Counted from the stretch's first letter, positions 23,092 through 35,573 are shown. The stretch is 64,000 bases of DNA from Eukaryota sp. TZLM1-RC (GCA_040285825.1 JAUPSS010000001.1:310001-374000); one strand, 5' to 3'. Made by a program: numbers and translations. Notes: generated by a model from the letters alone, not told the origin.

Positions 23092-24438
23092 ATGAGTGTC
23101 GCTCTACGGGAATCAGCTGCTGTCTCTTCCCTTCGCAACGCGTTCTTTAACCGCTGTTGTGCACATTGCTTCAAACTTCGAGCCTCACCAGATAATGTTG
23201 CCGAGTGTGAAAACGAGGTTTTCTGTGACAACTGCAGTCTTTGCTTCTGCTCGAGTACTTGTCACAATACTGCCACATATCATTCTTTTGAATGCGATTG
23301 CTTCCACTCTCTCACCAATACTGAGCTTGACGCTGATCGAGAGTTAATTCGCATCGTCATCAGAGCATTGGAACTCAAAAACTCAAACTCACACCTATTT
23401 GATCAAATCCTATCACTACCAACATTTCCAACCAAATTTAGTGATCTAACCTCAGACCTAAAGGAACATTATGGTCAGGTTGCTGAGTACATAACCCAAT
23501 ACATCCCCTCTGATCACGTTTCCAATGATGTAATTTTGACCCTTTGCCATGTTGTCAATTGTAATGCTTTTGGACTCCAAGACTCACTCGCTTTGGGTAT
23601 CTTTGACGTCGGCATTGGTCTCTTCCCCAAGTTGTCCACGATCCCCCATTCTTGTGTACCTAATGCTGTTCTCTCTCCAGTAAAAGGAAAGTCTTTTGAA
23701 ATCAGAAGACTTGACCCTCATGACACGTCATCCAACATCACTATTTCCAAACTATCTTCCCTTGCCTTACCCTTACTTGATAGGAGGGAAGAGTTGAACT
23801 CCATGGGTATTGATTGTCAATGCCCACGATGCATTGATTCAGAAGTGATTAGAAAAGAAGCAAAGTACTATGGATGGATCTGTCAGTCCTGCAGGGAAGG
23901 ACTTCTTGAAGAAAGCAAAGAAACTGAAGATCTTTTTTGTTTGGGATGTGGCAAAGTAACAAGGAAAGAAGCTATTTCAGATCTGGCAAATAAAATGGTT
24001 CAATTCATCCATTTAGGTAACTCACAATTAAGGAGAACTGAATGGAAACTGGTTCAAGCAACATTTGAGAAGCTGTTGAGCGAGTATAGTCGATTTATCA
24101 CCAAGGAAGCGAGTAATAATGCTTTAATTAGGCTTCCTCTAATGGTAGCACTTGAAAATCTAGGTTTATTTGATGATGCTTGTAGTCATGGAGCTGCTGC
24201 CTTGGATTTTGTTAGGGCTCTTCACCCCGAAAATCATCCCAAGGTAGCTGAAGTTTGTCATCAATTAGGAGAGGTTTATTTATCAAAAGCCAAGTATTTA
24301 TTATCAAGTAAACCAACCTTGGCCAAGTTAGTTCGTAAGCAAGGAAGGAATTACTTAGAAGAAGCTGTTAGAATTAGAAGTATTTGTTTTGGGGAAAATC
24401 ACAGAGTGACAAACGAATCTAGGAAATATTTAAAATAA
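23092..24438 (+). CDS. SMYD-like SET/MYND protein with C-terminal TPR region
   Basis: CAHC..CDNC..FCSSTC MYND, NCNAF, GLFP..PHSCVPNA, post-SET CQCPRC, HPKVA TPR-like helices. Confidence 0.85.
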   Translation: MSVALRESAAVSSLRNAFFNRCCAHCFKLRASPDNVAECENEVFCDNCSLCFCSSTCHNTATYHSFECDCFHSLTNTELDADRELIRIVIRALELKNSNSHLFDQILSLPTFPTKFSDLTSDLKEHYGQVAEYITQYIPSDHVSNDVILTLCHVVNCNAFGLQDSLALGIFDVGIGLFPKLSTIPHSCVPNAVLSPVKGKSFEIRRLDPHDTSSNITISKLSSLALPLLDRREELNSMGIDCQCPRCIDSEVIRKEAKYYGWICQSCREGLLEESKETEDLFCLGCGKVTRKEAISDLANKMVQFIHLGNSQLRRTEWKLVQATFEKLLSEYSRFITKEASNNALIRLPLMVALENLGLFDDACSHGAAALDFVRALHPENHPKVAEVCHQLGEVYLSKAKYLLSSKPTLAKLVRKQGRNYLEEAVRIRSICFGENHRVTNESRKYLK

Positions 24439-24591
24439 ACTGTGTTGAATAATTTAAACTTTTTTTGAAACATTTTAATTCATTTTGGTAATGTTGTTTA
24501 TTCTTTTGTTTTTCCACAAAAATTTAATCTCAACATGAACAATTTAAAACTGCACCATTAAGTGTGCAAACAATTTATCATATCGAAATTC

Positions 24592-24878
24592 AAACAGAAT
24601 GACCTGGTTACGTGCTTCCTTGTCAAACAACATGGACGTTGATTCCTCTATGGAAAAAAGTGTAGTTGAAGTGATATCAGCAGAACTCAAGGTCTGGACC
24701 AACATGGAACGGTATCTACAGCCTCTTACTGAACCAGAAGGACATGTTCAAGTTATACGTTCCATATTGATCCAGACCTTGAGTTCTGCTGATATCACTT
24801 CAACTACACTTTTTTCCATAGAGGAATCAACGTCCATGTTGTTTGACAAAGGAAGCACGTAACCATGTCATTCTGTTT
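24592..24878. repeat. Long fold-back inverted repeat (about 125-bp arms, about 40-nt loop) derived from the gene family seen at 34021-34823
   Basis: 24592-24715 is the near-perfect reverse complement of 24755-24878; the arm encodes DVDSSMEKSVVEVISAELKVW. Confidence 0.9.
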
Positions 24879-25126
24879 AATGGCATTGTTTTCTGTGGTA
24901 ACGTTTTGAAGATGTACAATGGGCAGAAACCCAGATAGAAGGAATTAGTAACGTGCTACAGATTGATCCATCTGGACAACCTCCAAGATCATGTACCCTA
25001 GTTTCATACCATCAATAAAGCTCCATCAGTAAAGCTAATCACAGAGCTGAAGATGATAAGACAGCGACTTTAGATATGAAAAACAGATATTGAACAGGCA
25101 GAAATTTTTTTATGTATTGTGGATTT

Positions 25127-26442
25127 CACTAGGCCTTTGGCTCAGAAGTTTAATGAATTACGTGCAAAAGTTTTGTCACAATTACTGGGATGTAAAATTT
25201 TTCAAATTCCAGATCATGCTTACCTTAGTCCACATTATGGCGGTTTAGGGTGGACGAAGGCTTCTATTCTTACCTCGTGTGCTTTTGTTGGTGGATGCGG
25301 AAATGCAATCTTTGAGTTTTCTGAATGATTTGCAGATTGGGAAGATTTATTGATGACAACGCAAAGTTCCACTGTTTTTGCATTAAATGAAGAAATTTCA
25401 AAAATTGATGCAGAAAAATGGGGTTGATGCTTTCCCCAATCATTCAATGGCAATATTCCAGAAAAGAATGTTTTAAATTTGAAGTACACTCTTCGAACAT
25501 TACAGAAACGTTTTACTGGAATGTATGAAAATGATCTTTATAATAATATATGCAGCTCGGCTGTTTTAAATCAAGATCTTTACTCATTGTATTTGGAAAA
25601 GGGTGTTTGTGAAAACAAGTCATCAGATTCTTCACTTTTTGTAAACATTGTACCACGAAGAATATGATTGTGTGCCACTAATGAAGCATTTGTAACAAAA
25701 ATGAGATTATATTTGAATATCCCCATTAATCAATTATTGTCAAAAGAAAAATGTATTTGTTCGAATTCACCTCAACTCACTTTGCGCCATGCTCTGAATT
25801 GCTCCAAATTGATAACTTATCTTTCTTCATTACTTGATGCTGTTAGAGACACTATCTTCAATATGGCACAAACTTACAAGAATATCGTGTATCAAAGAGC
25901 CTCTGCTGAAGGAAACACTTTCTCTGAATAATTTTGGTTCTGATGATAGAGGTGATGTATACTGTGATTGGATTGATAATTCTGAAGCTATTGTTGACTT
26001 TGTCTCATGAAATGTTGCAAATGATACTTTGGTTCACAGAAGAAAACTTAATCCTGTGACTGCTCTTGATTTTAAAGCAAAAGAAAAACATAGAAAATAT
26101 GATAAAGATATTGAAGAGGCTAATGCTGATAGAAATATACAGCTGGTTTTTATTGCTTTCCCATTTTCGATAAATGGAAGATTATCAGATGAAGCAGAAA
26201 CTTTTTTGAATGACTTCCAAAAAATGGTTCAAGAAAAAACAATGAAAAGATTTGATATTTTTTTATGGCGTGCACGAATTCAATTTGCCATTATTAATAG
26301 ATTACCTCGGTTTTTTAATCGAATACGAGAAGCTTTAGCTAAACAGCTAGCATATCAAGATTTTGTAGAGGAAATCTTGGTTCAATGATAGTCGTCCCAT
26401 TAGTTATGAGTTAATTTAATTAAGTGTGCAAGTTCAATAAAT
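25127..26442 (+). mobile_element. 5'-truncated retrotransposon family A copy, multiple stops
   Basis: High identity to 10795-12122; imperfect TSD TATGTATTGTGGATTTCACT / TATATATGGTTTTCACT. Confidence 0.9.
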
Positions 26443-27280
26443 ATATATGGTTTTCACTTCTATCGCATAAAAACAAATTTTAGACCTCTCTTCTAGTTTG
26501 TCCCTGATGTCTTTTCCTGTTGACTTTGGTTCCACATTGAATAGTCCTCGTACTCCAGCCCAAGCCTTCTTAGCTTTGAACCATGAATCTCGTGGAGACA
26601 TTACTGCTGTTTCATCCCGTTCGTTAACCGAACAGTTGCTTTCGGTGGATGACAATGCACAAGCATTTGAGGGTCCCGTTATTTCCAAAACCTTCTTTAC
26701 TGGCTCTTTGAAAAAGGTAGTCAAACCTTTTTGGACAATAATGCATAAGTCTTTGTTCACCCTAATAAAGACCTACTGGATGTTTCTGGTTTCTTTAATC
26801 ATTTTGTAAATCTGTACTTTGAGGAGTGTCAACGAAACAGGAGGTCTCATGTGTCCAAAAGTGTACTTCAGCTCAAGTATAAGACTGCAGCTAATGCTGC
26901 CTTTAAGCAAAACCTCACTAGTTCTTTGCTTGAGCGGTACCTCTATGACTCTGAGGCTGGTCCTACTGTCTGTCTCCAGTTAGCTCCAAGAACCCTGAAC
27001 AGAGCTGAATTCAACCGAATGTGCCAAAAGTATAACAAGCAAGAAGCCCGATCAATTACTCTTGAAGACTTAAAATATTGATATTCTGGCCCCAGATGTT
27101 GCATGGAGGACTTGGCGAAGTCTTTATGAGTCTGGAAAGGTAGACCTCTGCACTATTCCATATTCACTCGGAAAACTCTTCACGACAAAAGGGCCTGTGG
27201 CTGAGATGTCCGAAGACCATATTCTTGCTAAAAATTTAGCACTATTTGTTGTCAGAAGATTGAGTGCATTGGACGTGAAG

Positions 27281-28371
27281 CGTGTTTGTAAAAAACTTCG
27301 ACCCAAAAAAGTTTGAACTTTTTGAACTATTCTAATATTGTTCGACAATTTTTCGGTCGAACATTATTCAGTTCGAACATATGTGAAAGATAAAATATTT
27401 AATCTTTTCTTCTAAAAGTTATTAATCATTTCGTGTGATTTGTACTCTTTCTCATAGGGTCACTATGCCAAACCTTCTTTCTTCTGAACCACCAAAAAAC
27501 GTCGTGTTGCTATACTCGACTACTATCAGCTGCTATGCCCCTAAAGGTTCAGAAGAAGTTCAACTACTTGGGCAAGGTGACGAACGTGAAAATACTGCAT
27601 CTTTGACTGTAACACTTGATGGTAAGTTACTGAATCCTCATTTAACTTGAGAGGGTAAAACACTGCGATGTGTGGGCAACACTATTTATCCGGAAGGTTT
27701 TCTGAACTGTCCATCTGGTGAAGATCCTATCCCCAAAAAACCGGTTCAATGTGGCAAAATGATGACACTATGATGGTCTATTTAAGGTCTATTGTGAAAC
27801 CCTTTTTGGAAAAAGAAAGATCAAAAAAAACACAAGAATTCAATTTAAATTTTCCTGTTGATTATCGTTCACTTATGATTTGAACCCGACACTATAAGCA
27901 TGAGTTGGAAAAAGTGTGTACACTTGCAGAATAGCTCAATTTGGATATTGAACTTATTCCTGCAAGGACATTTTTTAATTTCTTTTGAGTACTGGACGTT
28001 TCTATTAATGTACCCTTTGAAAAAGGGCCGAGAAAAAGATTTGGAGAATACTGTACCGAAGACTTTACCGAACAGTTACAGAACAATGTAGCTTTAGATG
28101 ATGTAAGGTTAAATTCATTGGCAACAACTGTAAAACCAAAAATTGGGCAGTGGATCATTGATTCATTTGAGCATTTGAAGAGGTATGAGGAAAACTATAT
28201 TCTCAATGGATGGAAACATGTTCTCAAAAACATTGATCCATGCATTCAAGCCCTTGAATAGTTGTTTAATAGTTAATTTTAAATAGTGTTATTTAGATGA
28301 TTTCAAATAAATTGTGGTTTTTCTGAAATATGTTCGAACTCTTTTCTATTCAAACTTTTTTACAAACACGG
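27281..28371 (+). mobile_element. Decayed pogo/Tc1-mariner superfamily (DDE_1-like) DNA transposon
   Basis: TIR CGTGTTTGTAAAAAA at 27281 with its reverse complement ending near 28370, followed by G-TA; remnants GDERENTASLTVTLDGKLL and VLDVSINVPF. Confidence 0.65.
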
Positions 28372-28384
28372 TAATGTATCTTTA

Positions 28385-29640
28385 TTGAAATAAAATTCTA
28401 TCTAGTATTCAATATCCTCCGAACAAGCATCACTATCACTAAACCTACTCACAGCATTTCGTACATATTCTACACTAATAGCTAAAAGAGCTCTAGAAAT
28501 GATTGTTTGAATAGACTAGAAATTTTCAAAAAAATGCAACCCTGAAGGTCCAATATTGCCAAAAAGAGAAACTGCACACATCACAAACTGATATTTCACA
28601 TGTTCGACTCCACCTAAAAGCGCCAATGGTTCTTCATATTTTTTTATTTTTTTTCTTTCGGCGTTAGATAGCGGCGATTCGGCGGAATACACTAAACGAG
28701 CAGCAGAATTTTTGCAGACATCTTCTCAGGCAACATCCACAACGTTGAGAACACCATCGAGCCGTGGAGCTATGAAATCTGCTCTTTTTTACCAAAAGAG
28801 TCGTCAGTCTGATCTGGAAATAGCTAACGAACTAACGGCTCAATAAAAGCCTCTATATTGAAACTTTTGCACATAACATATAATTGATCAGGAACTGAAT
28901 CATGAACAATTGAGCGTAAGGTAATAAAGTATTTGCAGTTCAAAATATGGGAAAGCATAACCACATTCTTAAAGCGACAAATTGAATCATGTGGTGACGA
29001 ACAAGGCCATAACCAACATCTAATTCTCAGTGCAGTAATCCATTGATGATCATTGAGTAGAAAACCATAAATTTTGGGAAATTGGGAGATCAGCCAACTT
29101 GAGCCATTTTCTTTAAGGCCAATCAAAAAGTTTGCAAATATCGGATTTTCCTTAGCCCAACAAGACGTACAATTAAATCCAAGTTTCTAAAACTTTTATG
29201 ATTTATATATATATATAAATATATATCCACAAATCTATAACATAAAGTAAGCCAATGTGATTTTCCACACAATTTCTGAGGCTATTTATACTTCTCGGCA
29301 GAATTTGACTGCTTGAATCAACATTTCGCTGGTGATGATCACCTAATTTCATTATTCAGTTTTTGTAAATAAATTAAAGTTGGACAGTTCAATAAATAGA
29401 GATAATTAGGACACATCAAACTCATGAGCAAGATTCTTGTAATTACCTGTGAATGTTGACTAACAATGAATTTTTGCTGAAAAAAAACCATTCCACCCAA
29501 CTTGGGGTGACAATAGGGGATTATTGTTTGCAGATCTACATCTGTTAACCTACAAAACCATTGTTTAGTAATTTTGTCAAAATTTCTTGCGAAATCTGTG
29601 GTGGCTTGAGGATCAAGTGCACCTGACAATAGATTCACCT
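28385..29640 (-). mobile_element. Decayed RLE non-LTR retrotransposon (family C)
   Basis: PKLGGM, ALRIRCWLWP..C..HILNC, RSIVHDSV, IEPL, RADFIAP remnants. Confidence 0.7.
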
Positions 29641-29683
29641 GACCTGGATTTCACTATTCAAAACTTCTTGTAATATAATTAGT

Positions 29684-31489
29684 ATGCAGACCTTGTTAAC
29701 CATTGGTTCTATCAAGAACCTTCACCTAATAGATCCTGGGCTATATGTTCTTCTCATAATGGTTCCTTATGCTTCAAATTGCAATGTCAAAAGGGCATCT
29801 TTTAGACCTTCTCAACCTCGACTCCACACCCAAACCGACCAGTCTGGTCTTCTCACTTCGTTTCTTCCTTCTTTGTCAGATCTTTCATCAACCGTCCAAA
29901 ACCACATTAATTCAATTGCATCTTCCAACGACATTTCCCCCGACTCTTACACCTTGTTCTCCTCCAAGTGCGTAGAGATTCATTACCGTGGTGTTTCAGA
30001 ACAAATCAACGATCTTTTCTCATTTTCCCTTCCTTCCCCACCACCCCTTGCCCATTTCATTCTACTCTACAACCCCTCTCTCAATAATGAAGCCAGAGAA
30101 GTGGATCTTTCGGAGTTTGTGTTTGCCACATCGACTTGTCTATCTCTTAGTCCTAACCACAACCACTACCATGTTCCATTACTGTTTACGGACTTATCTT
30201 ATTATTGTTGTTTTTCAATAACTTTGCATTTTAATTTAAATGATCAAACAAACAGGGAGTTTTTGAATACAATTTCAAGTCATTATCCTGGAGATTTAAA
30301 TTTCGCTTTATTTAAATTCAACTCTTTTAATTCCTGGTCTGAAGTTTGCCACGTGTTGTCTACGTGTTGTGGTCTCGTTAATAAATGCTTACTTACTGAA
30401 ACCGCAAAAAGTAGGTCAATTGGGTTTAGGTCAATATTCCCTTCTTTTCTGAGCTCTTGTCATGTCATCAGTGATCTCTACTTGTCTGAAATTCGTCAGG
30501 AATCACACGGAATTAACATTTCTGATAATTTTTCTTCTCTGATTCAAACACAAGTACCGACTTTGTCCCCTGATTTACTTGAAACCAGCTTCTTCAAGTC
30601 AAACGTGATTTACTGCACGAAATCTCAAATTAAATCACCAAGGAAATCTTGTGGAAAGCATCATCAAATGTTTTTGTTGTACGGTTTGGGTGGGAAAGCT
30701 TCTGACATGTTCTATTGGAAAACTCTGCTATCAATCTATACGTCATGTGATGTCATCATCTTGAACTCAATCACTGACTTTTCTAGAAATTTGACCGATC
30801 TGACTGACACACTAGCTGAGGAATTGAGCTCACATCTTAAGAAATTGCCGAAAAATACGAAGATTTCATTCTTGGGTCACTCACTAGGGGCAGTTTTGAT
30901 TAGGTCAGTACTTTCTTCTCCAAATATTCAAAAATTTTCTAAAAATTTTCATACTTTTATTTCGTTAGCCGGTCCTCACTTGGGGATTGAATTAAATTCT
31001 TTTTTAGTCAAATCTGGTATTTTCTTGATGAAAACGTTCACTAGACAGCGATCTCTTTCTGACTTGCAGTTGAGGAAACCAATCAATCTTTCCTGTCGGA
31101 AACCAGTCGAGAATGATTGTTTTATGTCGAATTTGGCACAAAGGGGGTCAGAATTGGGAAATTTCAAGAACATTCTTCTTTTTGGAAGTCAACAAGACGG
31201 CTTCGTGCCTTACACCTCATCACTCTTGACTTTAGTTGACGAAGTCACAAATGATTGTGAAGCTAATATTAACTCTGCCTGTAGTGTACTACTTGCCAGA
31301 ATTTCTTCAGGAAAACTAATTGAAAATGTTTACAGATTTGATGTTGTTTTCTCAGAGCACAATTTATCCAAGACGTGTCAGTCAAAATTGGATCACTTAG
31401 CTGGAAAGGCTGCTCATGTGGCGTTCTTGGTCGATTTGCAGTTTATTACAACATCAATTCATTCTATTATGCATTTATTGGACGAGTAA
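29684..31489 (+). CDS. FAM135/DUF676 putative serine esterase
   Basis: ISFLGHSLG, FISLAGPHLG, GSQQDGFVPYTSS, GKAAHVAFL. Confidence 0.85.
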   Translation: MQTLLTIGSIKNLHLIDPGLYVLLIMVPYASNCNVKRASFRPSQPRLHTQTDQSGLLTSFLPSLSDLSSTVQNHINSIASSNDISPDSYTLFSSKCVEIHYRGVSEQINDLFSFSLPSPPPLAHFILLYNPSLNNEAREVDLSEFVFATSTCLSLSPNHNHYHVPLLFTDLSYYCCFSITLHFNLNDQTNREFLNTISSHYPGDLNFALFKFNSFNSWSEVCHVLSTCCGLVNKCLLTETAKSRSIGFRSIFPSFLSSCHVISDLYLSEIRQESHGINISDNFSSLIQTQVPTLSPDLLETSFFKSNVIYCTKSQIKSPRKSCGKHHQMFLLYGLGGKASDMFYWKTLLSIYTSCDVIILNSITDFSRNLTDLTDTLAEELSSHLKKLPKNTKISFLGHSLGAVLIRSVLSSPNIQKFSKNFHTFISLAGPHLGIELNSFLVKSGIFLMKTFTRQRSLSDLQLRKPINLSCRKPVENDCFMSNLAQRGSELGNFKNILLFGSQQDGFVPYTSSLLTLVDEVTNDCEANINSACSVLLARISSGKLIENVYRFDVVFSEHNLSKTCQSKLDHLAGKAAHVAFLVDLQFITTSIHSIMHLLDE

Positions 31490-31700
31490 GGTTCCAGAAT
31501 CCAAGGAAAAATATCAATCAAATCCTTTTTTTATTGATTTATTTTTTCAAAAAAATTAATTAATTGTCAATGTTTTAACTGATTCTTAATTAATTGTCTG
31601 GACCTTAACTTTTTTTCCATTCAATTTGAATCAACAACAAGAGAATTCCAGGTATTCAAATGATCTCTAAGGTAATTTTATTTTTTTTATTTTCCAATAA

Positions 31701-33425
31701 TTACTTCATTTGTTTCAAGAATCGAACTACCTCAACAGCTTCATCCCAATCAGTATTTTTAAATCTTAACAATAATTGGAATAAATAATCAAATGAAGTG
31801 TAATCTTGAATTGATAGCAAGTGTTTAAAATAGAACACAACTAAACAAAACTTGGCGTGGGAAATTTTTGAATTTAATAATGTTTTCATTGAATAATAAA
31901 CATCAGAAATTATTTCATATTTGAATAACGTACCTCTAATTCTCGAAATATTATTTAAAAATTCTTTTCCTTGGATGATTGGGTCATAATCTTCTTCGTC
32001 AGACACTGGTATTATTTCCTTGTCTTTGTTTGACTTTAAAAGAAACTGTTCTATATTTGACCCACTATTTGATCCCCTTTTTGAAATTTTGGTGAAGCTG
32101 ATGGCAACCCCCCTGATGTCCGTCAAGTCAAAACCATATTTGGTGTAAAGTCTTTCAAAACATTTTCTTCCATCCTTCAACAAACTTGTCTGACACCTTG
32201 AAATTTTCAAATCGTAATCGATATTGATCCCTTCTGTGTACTGCACACACTCCCCGCACCCTCCCCACTTAGGCGGAATGACAGGAGCAGAAGGAGCCCT
32301 GATGAGGAGTTTAAGAGACATTCTACCTGCATTAGAATCATCTTCATTCAACCGGGTTATGTTTTCCTTGACAACACGGTCAATAAAAGTCAGCGTATTG
32401 TCAAGAGTAGTCAACCGAACTCCCCAGTTAATATTTGTCGAAACTGTAGACCTCAGAGAAGAGCTCAAGTCGAGATCATCAGAGGTGTCAGTTCCTCTGG
32501 ACAAAAGGGTGAAAATTTGAGTTCTCTTTGGTCCCAAAATTTCAATCAATTGCGATTGATTTTCTTGATCGAATGTTTTTAACTGTCCCAAAACGGAAAC
32601 TCCAATCATTTTTAATTGACTTTCCAAGATTCCTCCTATTCCTGGTACTTTGGATATCGGAAGTTCATCCAAATATTGAGCAAAATTTATACCATGTATC
32701 ACCAACTGTCCATCAGGTTTAGCTATAGAAGTGGCAATCCTAGACAATCTGGGACCAAGCCCAACTCCACAAGAAGAGCTCAGCCCAGTCTCAGCCATAA
32801 TTTCAGCGCGTATGACAGTTGCAAGCTCAAAAGGGTGAAGTGAGCAATCAGAAATATCAAGAATAGCCTCATCAATCGAAATTGGTTTAATCTTAAACGA
32901 TGGCACAAATTTATTAAATATCTTGTACATTTTCAAAGAGAGGTCTGCATAGACAGAAAACGGTTCATAAGGGACAACAACTAGGTCAGGACACAGCACC
33001 TTGGCTTGGGACGTCCACATTGATGCCCTGACCCCGTACTCTCTTGCCTTGTATGAACATGCTGCAATCTCTCCCGTTCCATTCCGAGAATGGGATATGG
33101 CAATGGGTAGACCAAGAAGAGAAGAGTTGTGTTTAATGGCAACAGAAGCAAAGAAAGAATCCAGATCACAATGAAGATAGACCTTCTTAGTCAAGGGAAA
33201 TTCAGGTGGTGTTCGCCATGGTGGAGGGTGGGTGGAAGTGGCTGGTTGAGGGAGTCTGGACAGCGTAGATTGAATCTTAGCACGGAGAGAGGTCCTCCAG
33301 TATGATAGATGATGTAGCCTTGAAGATCCAAAATACTTACTGATAAAGTCTTCGTCCATACAGTTAGGCAGGGATGCCTCTGGATTAGGCTGAATAGGCT
33401 GGTGTATGTCGTCTACATCATCCAT
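31701..33425 (-). CDS. REV1: REV1 deoxycytidyl transferase (Y-family polymerase), no N-terminal BRCT
   Basis: N-digit SRLHHLSYWR, HCDLDSFFASV, IAACSYKAR, SIDEA, AKPDG, GCGEC, DIRGV. Confidence 0.92.
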   Translation of the reverse strand: MDDVDDIHQPIQPNPEASLPNCMDEDFISKYFGSSRLHHLSYWRTSLRAKIQSTLSRLPQPATSTHPPPWRTPPEFPLTKKVYLHCDLDSFFASVAIKHNSSLLGLPIAISHSRNGTGEIAACSYKAREYGVRASMWTSQAKVLCPDLVVVPYEPFSVYADLSLKMYKIFNKFVPSFKIKPISIDEAILDISDCSLHPFELATVIRAEIMAETGLSSSCGVGLGPRLSRIATSIAKPDGQLVIHGINFAQYLDELPISKVPGIGGILESQLKMIGVSVLGQLKTFDQENQSQLIEILGPKRTQIFTLLSRGTDTSDDLDLSSSLRSTVSTNINWGVRLTTLDNTLTFIDRVVKENITRLNEDDSNAGRMSLKLLIRAPSAPVIPPKWGGCGECVQYTEGINIDYDLKISRCQTSLLKDGRKCFERLYTKYGFDLTDIRGVAISFTKISKRGSNSGSNIEQFLLKSNKDKEIIPVSDEEDYDPIIQGKEFLNNISRIRGTLFKYEIISDVYYSMKTLLNSKISHAKFCLVVFYFKHLLSIQDYTSFDYLFQLLLRFKNTDWDEAVEVVRFLKQMK

Positions 33426-34020
33426 TGCATTGTTTTGTGACTAAATGTGAGTATTTACTCAAATTCAAAACAAAAGAAAAGCATCAAAATAAGGGAAATA
33501 AATAGCTTGTGTGAAGTGACATCACTGTCCCATTTTCCAAAAAAGAATACTTGAGCAAATTGGCTCTCAAACATGAAATTTTTGAACGACTTCCTGAAAA
33601 TAGTGCAGAGACAGTAATTAATTGATATCTTTTAATGGCGTTCTTGAATCCAATCCGCCAGTAATAGTTTATTTCCATTATTGCAATTTTATTAGTTGAA
33701 GTTACAGCTAGAAAGCAAGCAATTTAGCAATTTGTAGAGGAGATATCAGTTATATCAATTGTGTCTTGCTAATTCTGTGTTTACGTTAAGTATCAAAGTT
33801 TGATACAGTTTATCTAACAAACAAGCAGTGTTGCAATCAGTTTGTGGATGTTGAACTCTGCTGTGGCAATTAGTGAAAAGAAGCAGAGAAATAGTTGTCT
33901 AGCTGATGCAATTGTGCATTAGGATTGTAAACGGTATATGATTCAAAAGTTTGGTTCAAAACTATGCAGGGAATTCAAAAAAATTCCCGGCAAAATCCAG
34001 GGTTACATTCTCCTTCAACT

Positions 34021-34823
34021 ATGAAACGAACATCCCAACGATCCACGCATTCACATAAGAGAGTCAATCAAGAAGAATCCACGGATACAAGATCCCAACT
34101 TCTTCCGTATGTACATCAAGCAGTAGCTGACCACAGTACCTTAGAGAATAATGACTTGCATATTTGCAAGAGAATTTGAGTAACATTGGTCTTGAACGCA
34201 TGTCACACTGCTACTTTGAGAGCTGTCTCCTGAATAAAAGTGAGCTCAGTATCGATGCCATGTCACCCCTCAATGAAACAGATACTGCTGCATTACATAA
34301 TCTCAAGTCTCAATGCTCATTCGATACCTACGAAAGCAAGTTCATTTCAGAAATTGAAGATTATGTGATCAATTATAACCTTCCTGACGAAGTTCAAAAC
34401 AAACTTAATTTCTCCCATGAAGAGAAAGCGGAAGCTAGATGCTTTCTTGGTCATGTTTTATGGTCAATGTACACCTCCTTCGACGTTGATTCCTCTATGG
34501 AAAAAAGTGTAGTAGAAGTTATAACAGCAGAACTGAAGGTCTGGACCGAAATGGAAAGGTACCTTCAGCCTCTTGCTGAACCCGAAGAACATGTGAGTGT
34601 TGAAGATACTCCTCCTCCACATCGCTCCGTTTTTGACCAAATATTGTTTACAATGGAAAAAGGCTTTGAATCTATGGCAAATGGCATTCAACGGATGGAA
34701 AACCGCTTTGAATCTATGGCAAATGGCATTCAACGGATGGAAAAAGGCTTTGAATCTATGACAAATGGCATTCAACGGATGGAAAACAGCTTCGAATCTA
34801 TGGCAAAAGAATTTCACCAATGA
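34021..34823 (+). pseudogene. Member of an uncharacterised repeated gene family with a C-terminal coiled-coil repeat; frameshift near 34165
   Basis: Two overlapping ORFs; a paralogous segment is present at 24600-24750. Confidence 0.5.
34653..34807 (+). repeat. 42-bp coding tandem repeat (MEKGFESMANGIQR), about 3.7 copies
   Basis: ATGGAAAAAGGCTTTGAATCTATGGCAAATGGCATTCAACGG repeated without spacers. Confidence 0.9.
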
Positions 34824-35147
34824 TAAGAATTATCAACACATATTTAAAGCAATGTGATATTTTTAAGCATGAAGTTCAGTTATGATTTATAATTAAAAAC
34901 GAAATTTCCTATTTATTTATTTATTGCTGCTTCATAGGGCTCATTTGAACAGAATAAGCAAATTTGCAGTTAGAAGCAGCTATGTAAGAATCTAGCTTCT
35001 CTTGGCTCAGAACTGCCTTAGACTTTTCCTGTGCTTGAACTATTGGGTCATGCCATGGATTAGCGTATATGGTACGTATATCCTAGAGACATTCATTGTT
35101 GAACAGTATAGGATTTGTTGATAACTTTGGTTGGTCCAGACCAAATA

Positions 35148-35573
35148 CACCACCCCACGAACGACAATTTTCTTACCACACGACAATTCCTATTTTTGAT
35201 TGACCTCCATGGAAAACTTATCCTTTTGTTTTACAACTGGATGTAATGTACTTACAAGACAAATATACAAGAAATGCCACTGCTAGCAATTGTAAACACA
35301 ACTCCATAAGAAAGCATTTTCAAACGTTGTAAACAACACCAGACAGAAGCTTACAGAACCCGAAGAAAGTGTTGCTAGGAAGGAAAGAAAGAAATCATCA
35401 AGTACTGCACAAAAGAAACCGTAGAAAGAATTGTTAGTAATTGATAGTTAACTGATTTATCAATATTGACTGACAACATATAAGAGTAACACAGAGAAAG
35501 AAGAAGGAAAGTATGACGTCATAATGGAAAGAAAATGTCGTGCAGTGAGAAAATTGTCGTCTATGGGGCGGTG
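35148..35573. mobile_element. MITE (Tc1/mariner-pogo type), about 40-bp TIRs, TA TSD
   Basis: TA-CACCACCCCACGAACGACAATTTTCTTACCACACGACA versus TGTCGTGCAGTGAGAAAATTGTCGTCTATGGGGCGGTG-TA. Confidence 0.8.

Noticed and set aside
26450-27280. Fragmented ORFs between the retroelement and the pogo-like element
   Set aside because: They look like decayed coding sequence, but no family could be recognised
34653-34807. Possible CRISPR-like array
   Set aside because: Contiguous 42-bp coding repeats, no unique spacers, no cas genes
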